NCBI GenBank assembly: GCA_951406725.2
Contig: OX597814.1
Coordinates: 182,094,001 to 182,158,000, forward strand
DNA from: Octopus vulgaris
Lineage: Eukaryota
Reading direction: 5' to 3'
Length of the DNA: 64,000 nucleotides
A program made the position numbers and the translations under genes. The notes below the pieces were generated by a model. The model was not told the origin of the DNA, made no database searches, and was given only the letters and a program-made list of their open reading frames with translations. Below, piece by piece: positions 51,501 through 60,139 of this stretch. How positions within the stretch are numbered: position 1 is the stretch's first letter; the number at the start of each line of letters is the position of its first letter.

Positions 51501-53460
51501 GGATTGTCTCTTGACCATAGGCTGAAACAGCTGTAAGAAGCAGTTTATTTGTATTATTTTTATTATTAATTTGCATATTAATGTATATTGTTCTGTTCGA
51601 TTTTCATGTTCCTATTTGTATAATTAATAAATAATATGAAATTGTAATATCCGTAAGTTGATGATCGAAATGAATTTGTTTCTCCATTTTCTTGTTTGTA
51701 TTATGAATTTATGGTAAAATATTTTTACCTTCACCCATTCAATACAATAAAGGAATTAATTGCATTGCAATTATAAGCATTTATGTATTTAGTATTTGGG
51801 TACTTTACCAGCAGTATATTGGATAACTGATATCCCATAGTGGGTTACCTTCATAACCCCTATCTTACTTTGTACTATATATATATATATATATGTTTTC
51901 CTTTAGAATAACGGTATTTGTGATGGGGGTAGAAGTTAATTCAAAGAAATCATACAACTTATAAAAAGGAAAAGAAAAATGTATTCCTCCCTTTTGCATG
52001 AATCAATTAACCAAATACTACCTGCCAATAGTATAGTTTAGAGAACGAGTGAAACCAATATTTAACATTGATCATTTAAATAAAACATGGCTATAAATTT
52101 CTCAATCTCCATTCTTGTAGGATTTGGATGGTAATCTAAAAATCCAGATAGTGACATAAAGCTAATGGAATATGACAAGGCTGTGAATGGGAAGTCAGCA
52201 CTTTAATCCTTTCATTTACTTTTCTTAGGGAAAGTTTAAAAATTCCCATTATCTTCTGAATGCACAATGGCTAGCTAACACTAGAGAAAAATTATTTAAG
52301 GGGGAAAAAAAACCCAGGTAAAAATTGATGTATCAGAATAATATTTGCATCAAAATATTAGTTAATTCATGAGATGAACCTTACCTGGACAACTGAGAGA
52401 ATCACTTGGGAATAAAGAACTAAAGGTCAGCAAGCGTAAAATTATCTACAAAATAAAGAAATAGCTTTTATTTTTCTTCCAGAAAGTTAATATAGTAAGT
52501 GTATATGATTACCAAATTCACCAAGTAATATCAATTTTCTAGGCATAAGGTGAAATTTCATGAGAGATAAAATATATGCAATTAATTAAATTCCATTATT
52601 TTATTCCTATTTTTAATCTTAGAAGAATAAATGGTGAAGTTGAATCCCATGTTCTGTTTCCTTCAACTTCATCACTAAATATTGTTACCATATAAAATTT
52701 CCCTCGTAAATCTTTCAAACTTCAAGGACAAATGCAAAAAGTAAATACTATGTAGTCAGTTTAGTATGCAAATAGAAAAAGATATCAGCAAAATGTGAAG
52801 CCTAAAAATTTTGTAGTTGAACTCAAAAGACTCAAGGCAGTCATAAAATGACATTGCCCAGTATGGGAAAATAATTTGTTACTTTGCAATCAGTGAAAGC
52901 ATTATCTGCACAAAAAAAGTAACATTTTGAGCAGCCTATAATGACAATAAAGGGAATTTTCAGCATCCAAGCCGTATGTTGATATACTGTCTAATAATCA
53001 ATCTGAAGAGGAACTGAAAGGCTGGAAGGTAAGTTACTGAATGAGCAAAAATACATTTTAAGGTAACATCTAGTTTCAGATGAGCTTCAAAAGCATCAAA
53101 GAATTAAATGTCTCATGAAGCTCTCAAGATATAATATCGAAAATAATATATTGTGAAAGAAAATATAGTCATAAAAATATTGTAAAATTAAGAAAGTAAT
53201 AAATTATTGTGTAGAAATAGTGTTTTTTTTCAGCATTTTTGCTTGAGTATTGGACAAGAAAGGATATACAGCTAAAAAATATTTACTCAAAGATCTTTAA
53301 AAATGAAAAGAAAAGATTATAAATTTAAGGAAATGCTAATGCATCATACCTCAACTCCATTATATTCGTAGAAGATCTGTGCAAATTTATCCACACTATC
53401 ATCATATAAGTCATCAGCTGCTCTCCGAGGATGAAATGAAACTAGTCGACCGGTAATTTT
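27722..53460 (-). CDS. TRPC4AP: Short transient receptor potential channel 4-associated protein (TRPC4AP/TRUSS) homolog; 22 coding exons (~713 aa), N-terminal exons not identified
   Basis: Phase-consistent GT-AG exon chain containing recalled TRPC4AP motifs LANFCRILAITISD, CECSPEVALKIQFLRLVHSFCDH, RFWLARAVESYLRG, QSSFDLLGELIKFN, NLVDSNMFIRSL, LTQENVSCLNT, FWQDHYLHKDKDC. Confidence 0.94.
28098..28316. mobile_element. piggyBac-like MITE
   Basis: TTAA flanks, same body as 7478-7699. Confidence 0.85.
28660..28990 (-). mobile_element. Family-B RTE tail
   Basis: Reverse-oriented tail starting (CAT)n. Confidence 0.8.
29542..29763. mobile_element. piggyBac-like MITE
   Basis: TTAA flanks, same body as 7478-7699. 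Confidence 0.85.
29953..30019 (-). CDS. TRPC4AP: TRPC4AP exon
   Basis: ELLLFWQDHYLHKDKDCSALEK, AAG acceptor, gtaagt donor. Confidence 0.88.
30180..31210. mobile_element. Cluster: SINE A (+, 30180-30558), family-B tail (+, 30585-30850), older SINE A (-, 30880-31210)
   Basis: Similarity to other copies in the window. Confidence 0.8.
31662..31836 (-). mobile_element. Second copy of the 735-955 element, with 12-bp TSD
   Basis: TSD ATTTCATAAAAT at 31650-31661 and 31837-31848. Confidence 0.65.
31982..32130 (-). CDS. TRPC4AP: TRPC4AP exon
   Basis: ENVSCLNTTLVFLMFANQKKILPKYL...MGNF. Confidence 0.9.
32622..32728 (-). CDS. TRPC4AP: TRPC4AP exon
   Basis: IRKHNRLLVYIADFKQQLDYLRKLINIISVQNLTQ. Confidence 0.88.
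33192..33300 (-). CDS. TRPC4AP: TRPC4AP exon
   Basis: FNKFISTVNRNLVDSNMFIRSLILSLEHFSDDEQYD. Confidence 0.9.
33598..33838 (-). mobile_element. SINE family C
   Basis: Matches 3924-4158. Confidence 0.85.
34180..34665 (+). mobile_element. Family-B RTE tail, long copy
   Basis: Multiple gtggcacgtaaaaagcacc subunits and (GAT)n end. Confidence 0.8.
34900..35040 (-). CDS. TRPC4AP: TRPC4AP exon
   Basis: HVAGNIV...ILQSSFDLLGELIKFNIDGFKDFDTILNTESK, gtgagt donor. Confidence 0.92.
35578..35949 (+). mobile_element. GC-rich RTE LINE 3' fragment with 10-bp TSD
   Basis: RLRWFGHTAWHPEGEPIRDLLLP...GQLKTWATTIKEDL...STRPG*; (CAAG)n tail; TSD GGACTGCAGA at 35568-35577 and 35950-35959. Confidence 0.85.
36431..36521 (-). 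CDS. TRPC4AP: TRPC4AP exon
   Basis: FWLARAVESYLRGNTSYCDQIFLMRRDLLQ. Confidence 0.92.
36590..36936 (-). mobile_element. Helitron-like non-autonomous element next to (TA)n
   Basis: Reverse strand starts TATATAAAATCCATTCTGTGTGTGTGTC, resembling the 5' end of 11927-12284. Confidence 0.5.
38108..38191 (-). CDS. TRPC4AP: TRPC4AP exon
   Basis: QLMCRGSKGLLTKIVEVMKKEPTTSTF. Confidence 0.9.
38296..38341 (-). CDS. TRPC4AP: TRPC4AP small exon (46 nt)
   Basis: tttttcag acceptor, HAGPLALQNLDYLN, gtaagt donor; bridges the phase-1 and phase-2 neighbours. Confidence 0.8.
39676..39731 (-). CDS. TRPC4AP: TRPC4AP exon
   Basis: YKHLLLSRNELNEIKNIN. Confidence 0.87.
40128..40428 (-). mobile_element. tRNA-derived SINE family D (Meta/V-like central domain)
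   Basis: Head TGGCCTAGTGGTTAGAGCAGCGGAC...; cctgcgacggactggcgtcctgtccagg domain; second copy at 48939. Confidence 0.8.
40540..40820 (+). mobile_element. Degraded Jockey/CR1-type LINE fragment
   Basis: KAQMRLTTECCSHLWDGA resembles the post-RT LYKAQVRP.MEYCSHLW motif. Confidence 0.5.
41015..41073 (-). CDS. TRPC4AP: TRPC4AP exon
   Basis: EVALKIQFLRLVHSFCDHS. Confidence 0.92.
41857..41917 (-). CDS. TRPC4AP: TRPC4AP exon
   Basis: TRHGVRHRLIGHNSSCECSP. Confidence 0.9.
42380..42459 (-). CDS. TRPC4AP: TRPC4AP exon
   Basis: VQRKLAELKLAPGLSELFDQFIWKCQ. Confidence 0.9.
42570..42942 (+). mobile_element. SINE family A, full length
   Basis: Matches 2836-3218. Confidence 0.88.
43045..43955 (+). mobile_element. 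RTE LINE 3' fragment
   Basis: GLKVNLGKTKVM, KGRVYRSCTRSAMMYGSETW, VRWYGHVLRRDEDHVLRK. Confidence 0.88.
44275..44595 (-). mobile_element. Family-B RTE tail
   Basis: Reverse-oriented tail. Confidence 0.8.
44741..44874 (-). CDS. TRPC4AP: TRPC4AP exon
   Basis: ISVATARG...LAQRVEVVYVLGLFLLGKHRKK. Confidence 0.9.
45809..45934 (-). CDS. TRPC4AP: TRPC4AP exon
   Basis: TPRFPGFVSELDCWMEWIENQMDDDDLSEDANTDEFEDFVG. Confidence 0.85.
46349..46730 (+). mobile_element. Non-autonomous RTE derivative with 11-bp TSD
   Basis: TSD ACTGAACAATA at 46338-46348 and 46731-46741; last ~60 nt match the 3' end of 35578-35949; (AAGT)n tail. Confidence 0.75.
46806..46874 (-). CDS. TRPC4AP: TRPC4AP exon
   Basis: LLLGIPELLPRLVNITVSKAKD. 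Confidence 0.86.
48796..48858 (-). CDS. TRPC4AP: TRPC4AP exon
   Basis: FAQNKQKRSNGFVNIRDVNQ. Confidence 0.84.
48939..49238 (-). mobile_element. SINE family D with 14-bp TSD
   Basis: TSD AGGACAAATATTGT / AGGGCAAATATTGT; tRNA head with B box GGTTCGAATCT. Confidence 0.85.
49797..49907 (-). CDS. TRPC4AP: TRPC4AP exon
   Basis: NLPGLISCLSDGELANFCRILAITISDLDIYENKSS. Confidence 0.92.
50614..50773 (-). CDS. TRPC4AP: TRPC4AP exon
   Basis: PKGERVISRVLSKDDILNYIFTLLAQKKTFIAACQLLEDMLQMRQEVLDLHKI. Confidence 0.9.
51291..51355 (-). CDS. TRPC4AP: TRPC4AP exon
   Basis: SEHVLRAKSLCLEILIKIIST; good splice signals and phase fit. Confidence 0.8.
51400..51895 (+). mobile_element. Penelope-like element pLTR remnant ending in (TA)n
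   Basis: Hammerhead motif followed by T-rich sequence and a (TA)n boundary. Confidence 0.5.
51409..51539 (+). ncRNA. Minimal type I hammerhead ribozyme motif (Penelope-type) with enlarged stem II loop
   Basis: CTGACGA (51413-51419), stem II 51420-51431/51512-51523, GAAA, palindromic ACAGCTGT, GTA cleavage triplet ending 51535. Confidence 0.65.
52385..52445 (-). CDS. TRPC4AP: TRPC4AP exon
   Basis: IILRLLTFSSLFPSDSLSCP; tttgtag acceptor, gtaagg donor. Confidence 0.75.
53350..53460 (-). CDS. TRPC4AP: TRPC4AP exon (most 5' identified)
   Basis: KITGRLVSFHPRRAADDLYDDSVDKFAQIFYEYNGVE; phase 0/0. Confidence 0.72.
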
Positions 53461-53984
53461 CTGTACAAGGAAACATCATGAAAACAATATGTAAATAGGT
53501 GCAACATGTAAGGTTGAACTTGTTATCTTTAGATTCTGTAAGTACTGAGTTAAAAATTTAGCACTAACTGCAGCATCTGCTGCATGTACAAGTATTAAGT
53601 GTAATTAATGTCTAACATTATGAGAGGAGTTTCAAATGAAGATTTTCTGGATTTAACCTCATTATTCCAAAATACAAGGTATTGATGTCTTTATCCAGTA
53701 AGCCACAAGCACACCTGAATTAAGTGTAATATTTTTTCTTTAATTAGATTTAATATTTTAATAAATTTTGTATTTTCTTATTCTTTACAAAAAAAAAAAA
53801 AAGTTTGAACAAGAATAGAACAAAATAAATAATACAAACCTTCAGAATTTGAAAGCATTTGTCAATATTTTTTTCCAGAAATATGCTAACTTCATCAAGT
53901 TCAACTATGTATGTGAATGCTTTTTCACAGTTCAGTTTATTTCCTGCTAACTGAATAACTGAGTGGGGCAGCTGAAAAAAACAG

Positions 53985-54016
<32 letters not shown>

Positions 54017-54289
54017 TTAAGTCAAAAACCAATATATTTTAATACATCTTGGTTACTGATTTGCAATTGTACCATTTTGGATAATAAAATATATCATCTT
54101 GTTGATTACCCTGTTTTTAATAACACTGACAGGCCATAAGATTAAAAGACAATGTATTTTTGGTTCTTAAACTTTCTAAAATTGAAAAAAGGTTAAGATA
54201 GAAATAGCAATATTCAAGAGTATAAATTTTTATTAAATCACAAACTATAGAATGAAAAAATAGAAAAATAAAAAACAAAAAAAATTCAA

Positions 54290-55996
54290 CTCATGATATT
54301 CAATTTGTATTCATTGAGTCTGCCGTCACTGGGGCCTCTTCAGCACAAGTCAATTCCATTTGTTGAGTTTCTTCTTGTTTTGATGTTTGGTTTGCATTAG
54401 TTTTCTTCATTAAAAAAAATTGTCTTAACTATTCCATTTCTAGCAATTCTTTATGTGATTTCATCACTGTCAACATAAAGAGCTTCTTTAACATCTTCAG
54501 GTGAAATTTCAAAGTTCAATTTCTTTGCAATGTTTATGATCATGTCAGTTTCTTTCTGAAGACCTTCATGAAGATTATCAAATCCTTCAAAATCATCAGT
54601 TAATTTGGAACACAGATTTTTCCAAATTCCTTTCCTGTTCTTTACAGTGATTTTATCCCATGCTTTCTTTATCAATTTTATTGCATCAAAGATGTTGAAA
54701 CTCTTCCAAAATTCTTGAATCATAGGACCATTTTCTTTATCAGTCACTTCGAGGAGTCTTTCAAAGGTGGAACAGAAAAAGTAAGATTTAAATGATGAAA
54801 TGGCTTCTTGATCCATAGGCTGCAATAAAGATGTAGCACTGGGAGGTAAAAAAAAAACATTAATATTTTGATGGTGATGCTTTAAAAATGCAGCACAACT
54901 GGGGGCAAAGAATCTTGAAAGGAATTTTTTAATCCTTACAATATTTTTCTACTTCAGGAACAAAGTGAATTGAAAACCAATCTTCAAATAGAGTTCCTGT
55001 CACCCAAGCTTTTTTGTTATACTTCCAGATTACAAGAAGCTTCATTTTATCAATTCCTTTTCAAGCATGGAGGTTTTCAGATCGATAAATAAGCATGGAC
55101 TTGAGTTTGCAGTCCTCTTCACAGTTTCCTTCCAGAAGCAATGTTATCTTATTTTTTGCAGCTTTGAAGAGTCTTCTCTCGCAATAAAAATCCTTGAAGG
55201 CATTCGTTTTCAAAATAGGCCCGTCTCATCCACATTAAATATCTGAGATGCTTTAAAGCTTGCTTCAATCAAATCTAATTGGTGAGTAAAAGTTTCTGCA
55301 GCTTTTTGATCTGATCAAACCAACCATTGCTCACTACAAATGTTTCATTTGATCCATTGGATTTATCCTTAAGCAAGTTAAGGGAAATTACTTTACTGCA
55401 AATTATAGCCTAAGTGGCATACAAAGTCTATGAATTTGATTGTTATTTCAAGCTGTCAAAAGATTTTCTGTGTGTGAAATTAAACTTACATTATCTTTTC
55501 TTTGTAATCAAGTTGAATTTAGGGAGTGACTTCCTTTAACTTTATTTAAATAATCTTCCTTTTGCTTCAAGATGGTACAAACAGATGAAGGAACCATATC
55601 AAGTTTTTTTTTTATAAATCTTTAACAGGTGCACTCTTTTTGTGTCATGTAATCAATTCGTATTTTATTTCTAAAGTAATTGCTTGACGTTTCTTCTTGT
55701 CCTTGCTTTGTATCTCTGAATTCTTTCTTTTAGAAGCCATCACAAGGGTATTAAAAATAAAATGCATAACAAATTTAAAAAAAACAAACAGATGAATGGA
55801 AGATAAAATGCCGGCTAGCATGAAGGAAGTCAGGCAGGCATTGACACACTTCAATTCCAAAAAGCAGTTGCAGGTGATTGCTCAGGGTAACAGGTGCTGC
55901 CAGACCAGAAGTGACATGCATTGCCATGGTAACCAATATTTTTGTTTTTCATCTACAATTTGTAAAGATGGGGTTATGTAAAACGAGATATGCCTG
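54290..55996 (-). mobile_element. Tigger/pogo DNA transposon fossil (transposase pseudogene)
   Basis: TA-CAGGCATATCTCGTTTTA terminus at 55996; MASKRK...KKRQAITLEIK from ATG 55740; QIFNVDETGLF, NKKAWVT, SLLQPMDQ DDE motifs with stops/frameshifts. Confidence 0.9.
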
Positions 55997-56049
55997 TACT
56001 TTCATGGTCACTTAAACTAGGTGTAAATGAATGACAATGAATTCAATGA

Positions 56050-58468
56050 TAAATTTAATAAGGGTTCACCAAGGTTTGGTTCTCAGTTGCTTCAGCAACA
56101 GTCTTCTATGCCATAAAGAGGGGTTTGTGACCAGCTGTCCATGGGAACTTCTGTGTTTTGATGACCTAGTGTTATATCTGAATCTCTAGATGATTTAGAA
56201 GAAATTCTGGGCATGGAAGACCTAAAATTAAGAGTTCTCAAAGTAAACTTTGCAATGGCTAAGGTTCTAGTAAGCAGGAAAGAAAACAGAACTCTGCTGC
56301 CACTGAGAAAATAGCCATGCCCTACATGCAGTAAAGGAGTAAGTAGAAATTCCACAGAGTCGTCATCATCATCATCGTTTAACGTCCACTTTCCATGCTA
56401 GCATGAGTTGGATGATTTGACTGAGGTCTGGTGAACCAGATGGCTGCACCAGGCTCCAATTTGATCAGGCAGAGTTTCTACAGCTGGATGCCCTTCCTAA
56501 TGCCAACCACTCTGAGAGTGTAGTGGGTGCTTTTACGTGTCACCGGCATGAGGGCTAGTCAGGCATTACTGGCAATGGCCACGCTCAAATGGTGTTTTTT
56601 ACGTGCCACCTGCACAAGAGCCAGTCCAGCTGCACTGGCAACGACCTCGCTCGAATGTTGTTTTATGTGCCACCGACACAAGTGCCAGTGAGGCGATGCT
56701 GGTAACAATCACGCTCGAATGGTGCTTATGTTTATTGAAGACTATAGACACACAAAAGATGTATCATGAAACAGACAAGCTGACAGAAAAAACAAGCTTC
56801 ATATACAACAGATGCACAAGGCTTAATAAGAATACACATAAAAGATTCAAGATACCTGGAAGGCTCCCTAAAAATAATAGCTACTGGTACTTGGGTAACC
56901 TAATTAACAGTGGAAGTGAGTGTTCTGAAAACCCAGTAACCAAAGTAAGAATGGAGTAAAAAATGTTGAAGGAGCTACTATGCCAATGACCTTAATCTCA
57001 TAATCAAATCACTTTCCAGAGCTAGAAGAAATTTCAGGTGTGGAAGCAAAGTCTAGAATCAAAGAGCCTTAGAATTAATGCAGCAAAAACCAAAGTGTTA
57101 GTAGGTAGGAAAGTAGACAAATCAAAAATTCCTTCAGGTAGGTGGCCTTGCTTGATCTGTAGAAAAGGGGAAGGTAGAAACTCCACAAGATATACCCAGT
57201 GTAAACTATGGGCACATAAGAAGTGCAGCAATATCAGAGGAAGGTTAACAAGGAAACTAGTTTTTGTGTGTGGAAGGTGCACAGGTACAATGAACACAAG
57301 AAATGTATATAAAATAGACTTCATCCAATGTTAGGTGGGTAAGCTAGAGGTAGTTGATAGCTCCTGTTATCTTGGTGACCAAGTCAGTAGCAGAGTTGGA
57401 TGCTCTGAGAGCATAGCTGCAAGAATAAGAATAGCCTGTGCAAAGTTCAGAGAGCTCCTACCTTTGTTGGTAAAAAAAGGACCTCTCCCTCAGAATTAAA
57501 GGCAGACTGTGTGATGTTTGTGTGTGAACAGCTATGCTACATGGTAGTGAAACATGGGCTGTGACCACCAAGGACATGCATGGCTTGAAAGAAATGAAGC
57601 TAGCATGCTTTGATGGATGTGCAATGTCAGTGCATGTACAACAGAGTATTAGCGTCTTGAGAGAAAAGTTGGGCATAAGAAGCATTAGATGTAGTGTGCA
57701 AGAGATGACTGTGCTCATATGGTCATATGATGCATATGGACAAAAACAGCTGTGTAAAGAAGTGCTGATCTTTAACTACAGAGGGAACCTGCAGAAGAGG
57801 TAGACCTAGGAAGACATGGGATGAGGTGGTGAAGTACGATCTTTGAATGTTGGGTCTCACGGAGATGATGACAAGTGACTGAGACCTCTTGTGATATACT
57901 GTGCATGAGAAGGCTTGTCAGGCCAAATGAAATCGTAGTTGTGGCCGTGCTGGTGTCACGTAGATGGCATCTGTAAAATCATAGTTGTGGCCATTGCTGG
58001 TGCCATGTAAATGGCATCCATGAAATCAGGGTCAGGCCAATGCTGGTGCCATATAAATGGCACCCGTGAAATTTAAGTCATGGTTGTTGATGGTCCCATG
58101 TAAGAGGCACCCTTGAATCATAGTTCTGGTTGTTGACTGTGCCATGTATATGACATCTGTGAATCATAGTTGTGGTCATTAACGGACCCATGTAAATGAC
58201 ACCCGCGAATCATCATGGTAGTTGCTGGGGCTATGTAAATGGCACCCATGCATCAGTTGTGGTCATTGCTGGTGTCAGGTAAATGGCACCCATGCCAGTG
58301 GCACATAAAAGTACCCATTACACTCCTGGAGTTTTTGGCATTAAGAAGGGCATTCGGCCATAGAAACCATGCCAAATCAAACTGGAACCTGATGCAGCTC
58401 TCTGGCTTATCAGCTCCAATAAAACCATCTAACCCATGCCAGCATGGAGAGTGGATGTTAAATGATGA
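56050..58468 (+). mobile_element. RTE LINE fragments (with a nested reverse family-B tail at 56360-56725) running into a tandem-repeat 3' UTR and tail
   Basis: [38 protein letters not shown] motifs. Confidence 0.85.
57929..58293 (+). repeat. ~46-bp minisatellite, ~8 diverged units, in the RTE 3' UTR
   Basis: gaaatcatagttgtggccattgctggtgccatgtaaatggcacccgt-like units. Confidence 0.8.
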
Positions 58469-60139
58469 GGACACGAGGCTAAATAAGGATACGCTAGTTC
58501 AAGAGCAAGAAGCCTGATACAGTGAAAGTTATCAGCCTAACCCAGCAAATCCTACATCAACAGAAAATTTTACAATTTAGTGTCTTAGATTTAGATGACC
58601 ATCATGATTAAATGGATTGGCGAGTGATATATTGGGCATAATTCAGTTTCAATAGTATAGGAAAAGCTTGTGATTGTAATAAAGATTTGATAATTACAAT
58701 AGTAAAATATATGGGGGGGGGCATCTAATTCACTATCAAGGCTCTCTACATATCCACCTAATTACAACAATTTCTTTTGCAAGCAATATCATAATAAATG
58801 TGAGTTAGAACGTAATGTGGCATCTACCCTCTTGTTTAAAGAAAGTTCTCTTTTGTCTTCCATTTTGGGATAATGCTCTAAAAAAATGTTGCTATAGACG
58901 ACAGAAGGAGCTGAGATGGTAATGAAGACAAATGGTAGGACTCATTCTTATAATTGCATTAACACCTTTATTTTACTTTGGCATGGATTAATTTTGATCC
59001 TAAACTATCTTGCCCTTCATCAATGACCACCACATTATGCTGAGTATTTTTTAGTATATTTCTTCTTAATATACCGTGAATATTATTTCAAAGCAGTTCT
59101 TTGATGACTACATCATTCATTTAAACAAAATATCCATATCAGTTCAATTCTAATGGTGAAAAGTAGTAAAAATTATACAGTGAGTATACTGTCATCTCCA
59201 GTTAACTTGATTAGCTATATCAAGTTTGCTATTTTGTCTAAATTAGACCTGCCCTGTTCCACACTGCTACAAGTCCTTACTTCATTTTCACTTGTTTATT
59301 CTAGATAAAATAAATCTGTCTTTAACAATTGCTTGTCTGACCTGTAGACATGCAGGTCATCCATAACTGATATTAGAAACCACACAAAAGTTCAATGACA
59401 CTGATCTGAATTCAAGCGATGTAAATTGCATACAATATGGACTGAAAAAGCCACACCTAGCTTTATGTCTAGGAGTCAGCAAATTTCAGGTGTATCTTGG
59501 ACAAAAAAATATCTTCATGAATACTCTTTTTTGTGGTGTTGATTCAAAGTTGAATTTCAGTTCCACATCAAACAATTCAACTTCTAATAGTGGTTCAATT
59601 AATTCTAAATAAACTTAATTACCTTGACTTCATTATCTTTCTAACCCTGTCAGAATGACACCTTCCATATAACTGGAGGTAAAAGAACAGAGCCTACTTT
59701 AATGCCTTTCGTATCAATCAGGTCTTTTCTCAGTATCCTGTCAATGGCATATTTAAAGAGGGTTAGTTATAAGAGAAATACTATTTCTATGTAGAGAACA
59801 AAAAAATTATGCACTGCAGAAATCCTGTAGCTTCATGTGTACAACACTGTGAGACAAATACATGCATTGTCATCAGCACATATGAAAAATATGAATAAAA
59901 CAAAAGCAAACACATTGTACAACCTACACATCAATATATAGGGTATCTCTAAGTAAGGAATCCAGACGCTACAGTTCTTAACATGTATATAAACTCACTA
60001 TCTTAGTGCTTATATAATTAATCGTACAACCATATTAGGACATAACACACTTTCATTTCAGTTGTTGAACTGCAACTACATTGGTGTGATGCCTTCAAGG
60101 GCTTAGGTGATAAACTCCAGTACTTATTTACTACTACTA

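Noticed and set aside
57929-58293. Regular ~46-bp array as a CRISPR
   Set aside because: The whole unit is repeated (minisatellite); no unique spacers
59623-59672. Possible upstream TRPC4AP exon (ctccag...gtaatt on the - strand)
   Set aside because: The only open frame ends in phase 2, incompatible with the phase-0 exon at 53460, and shows no recognisable homology
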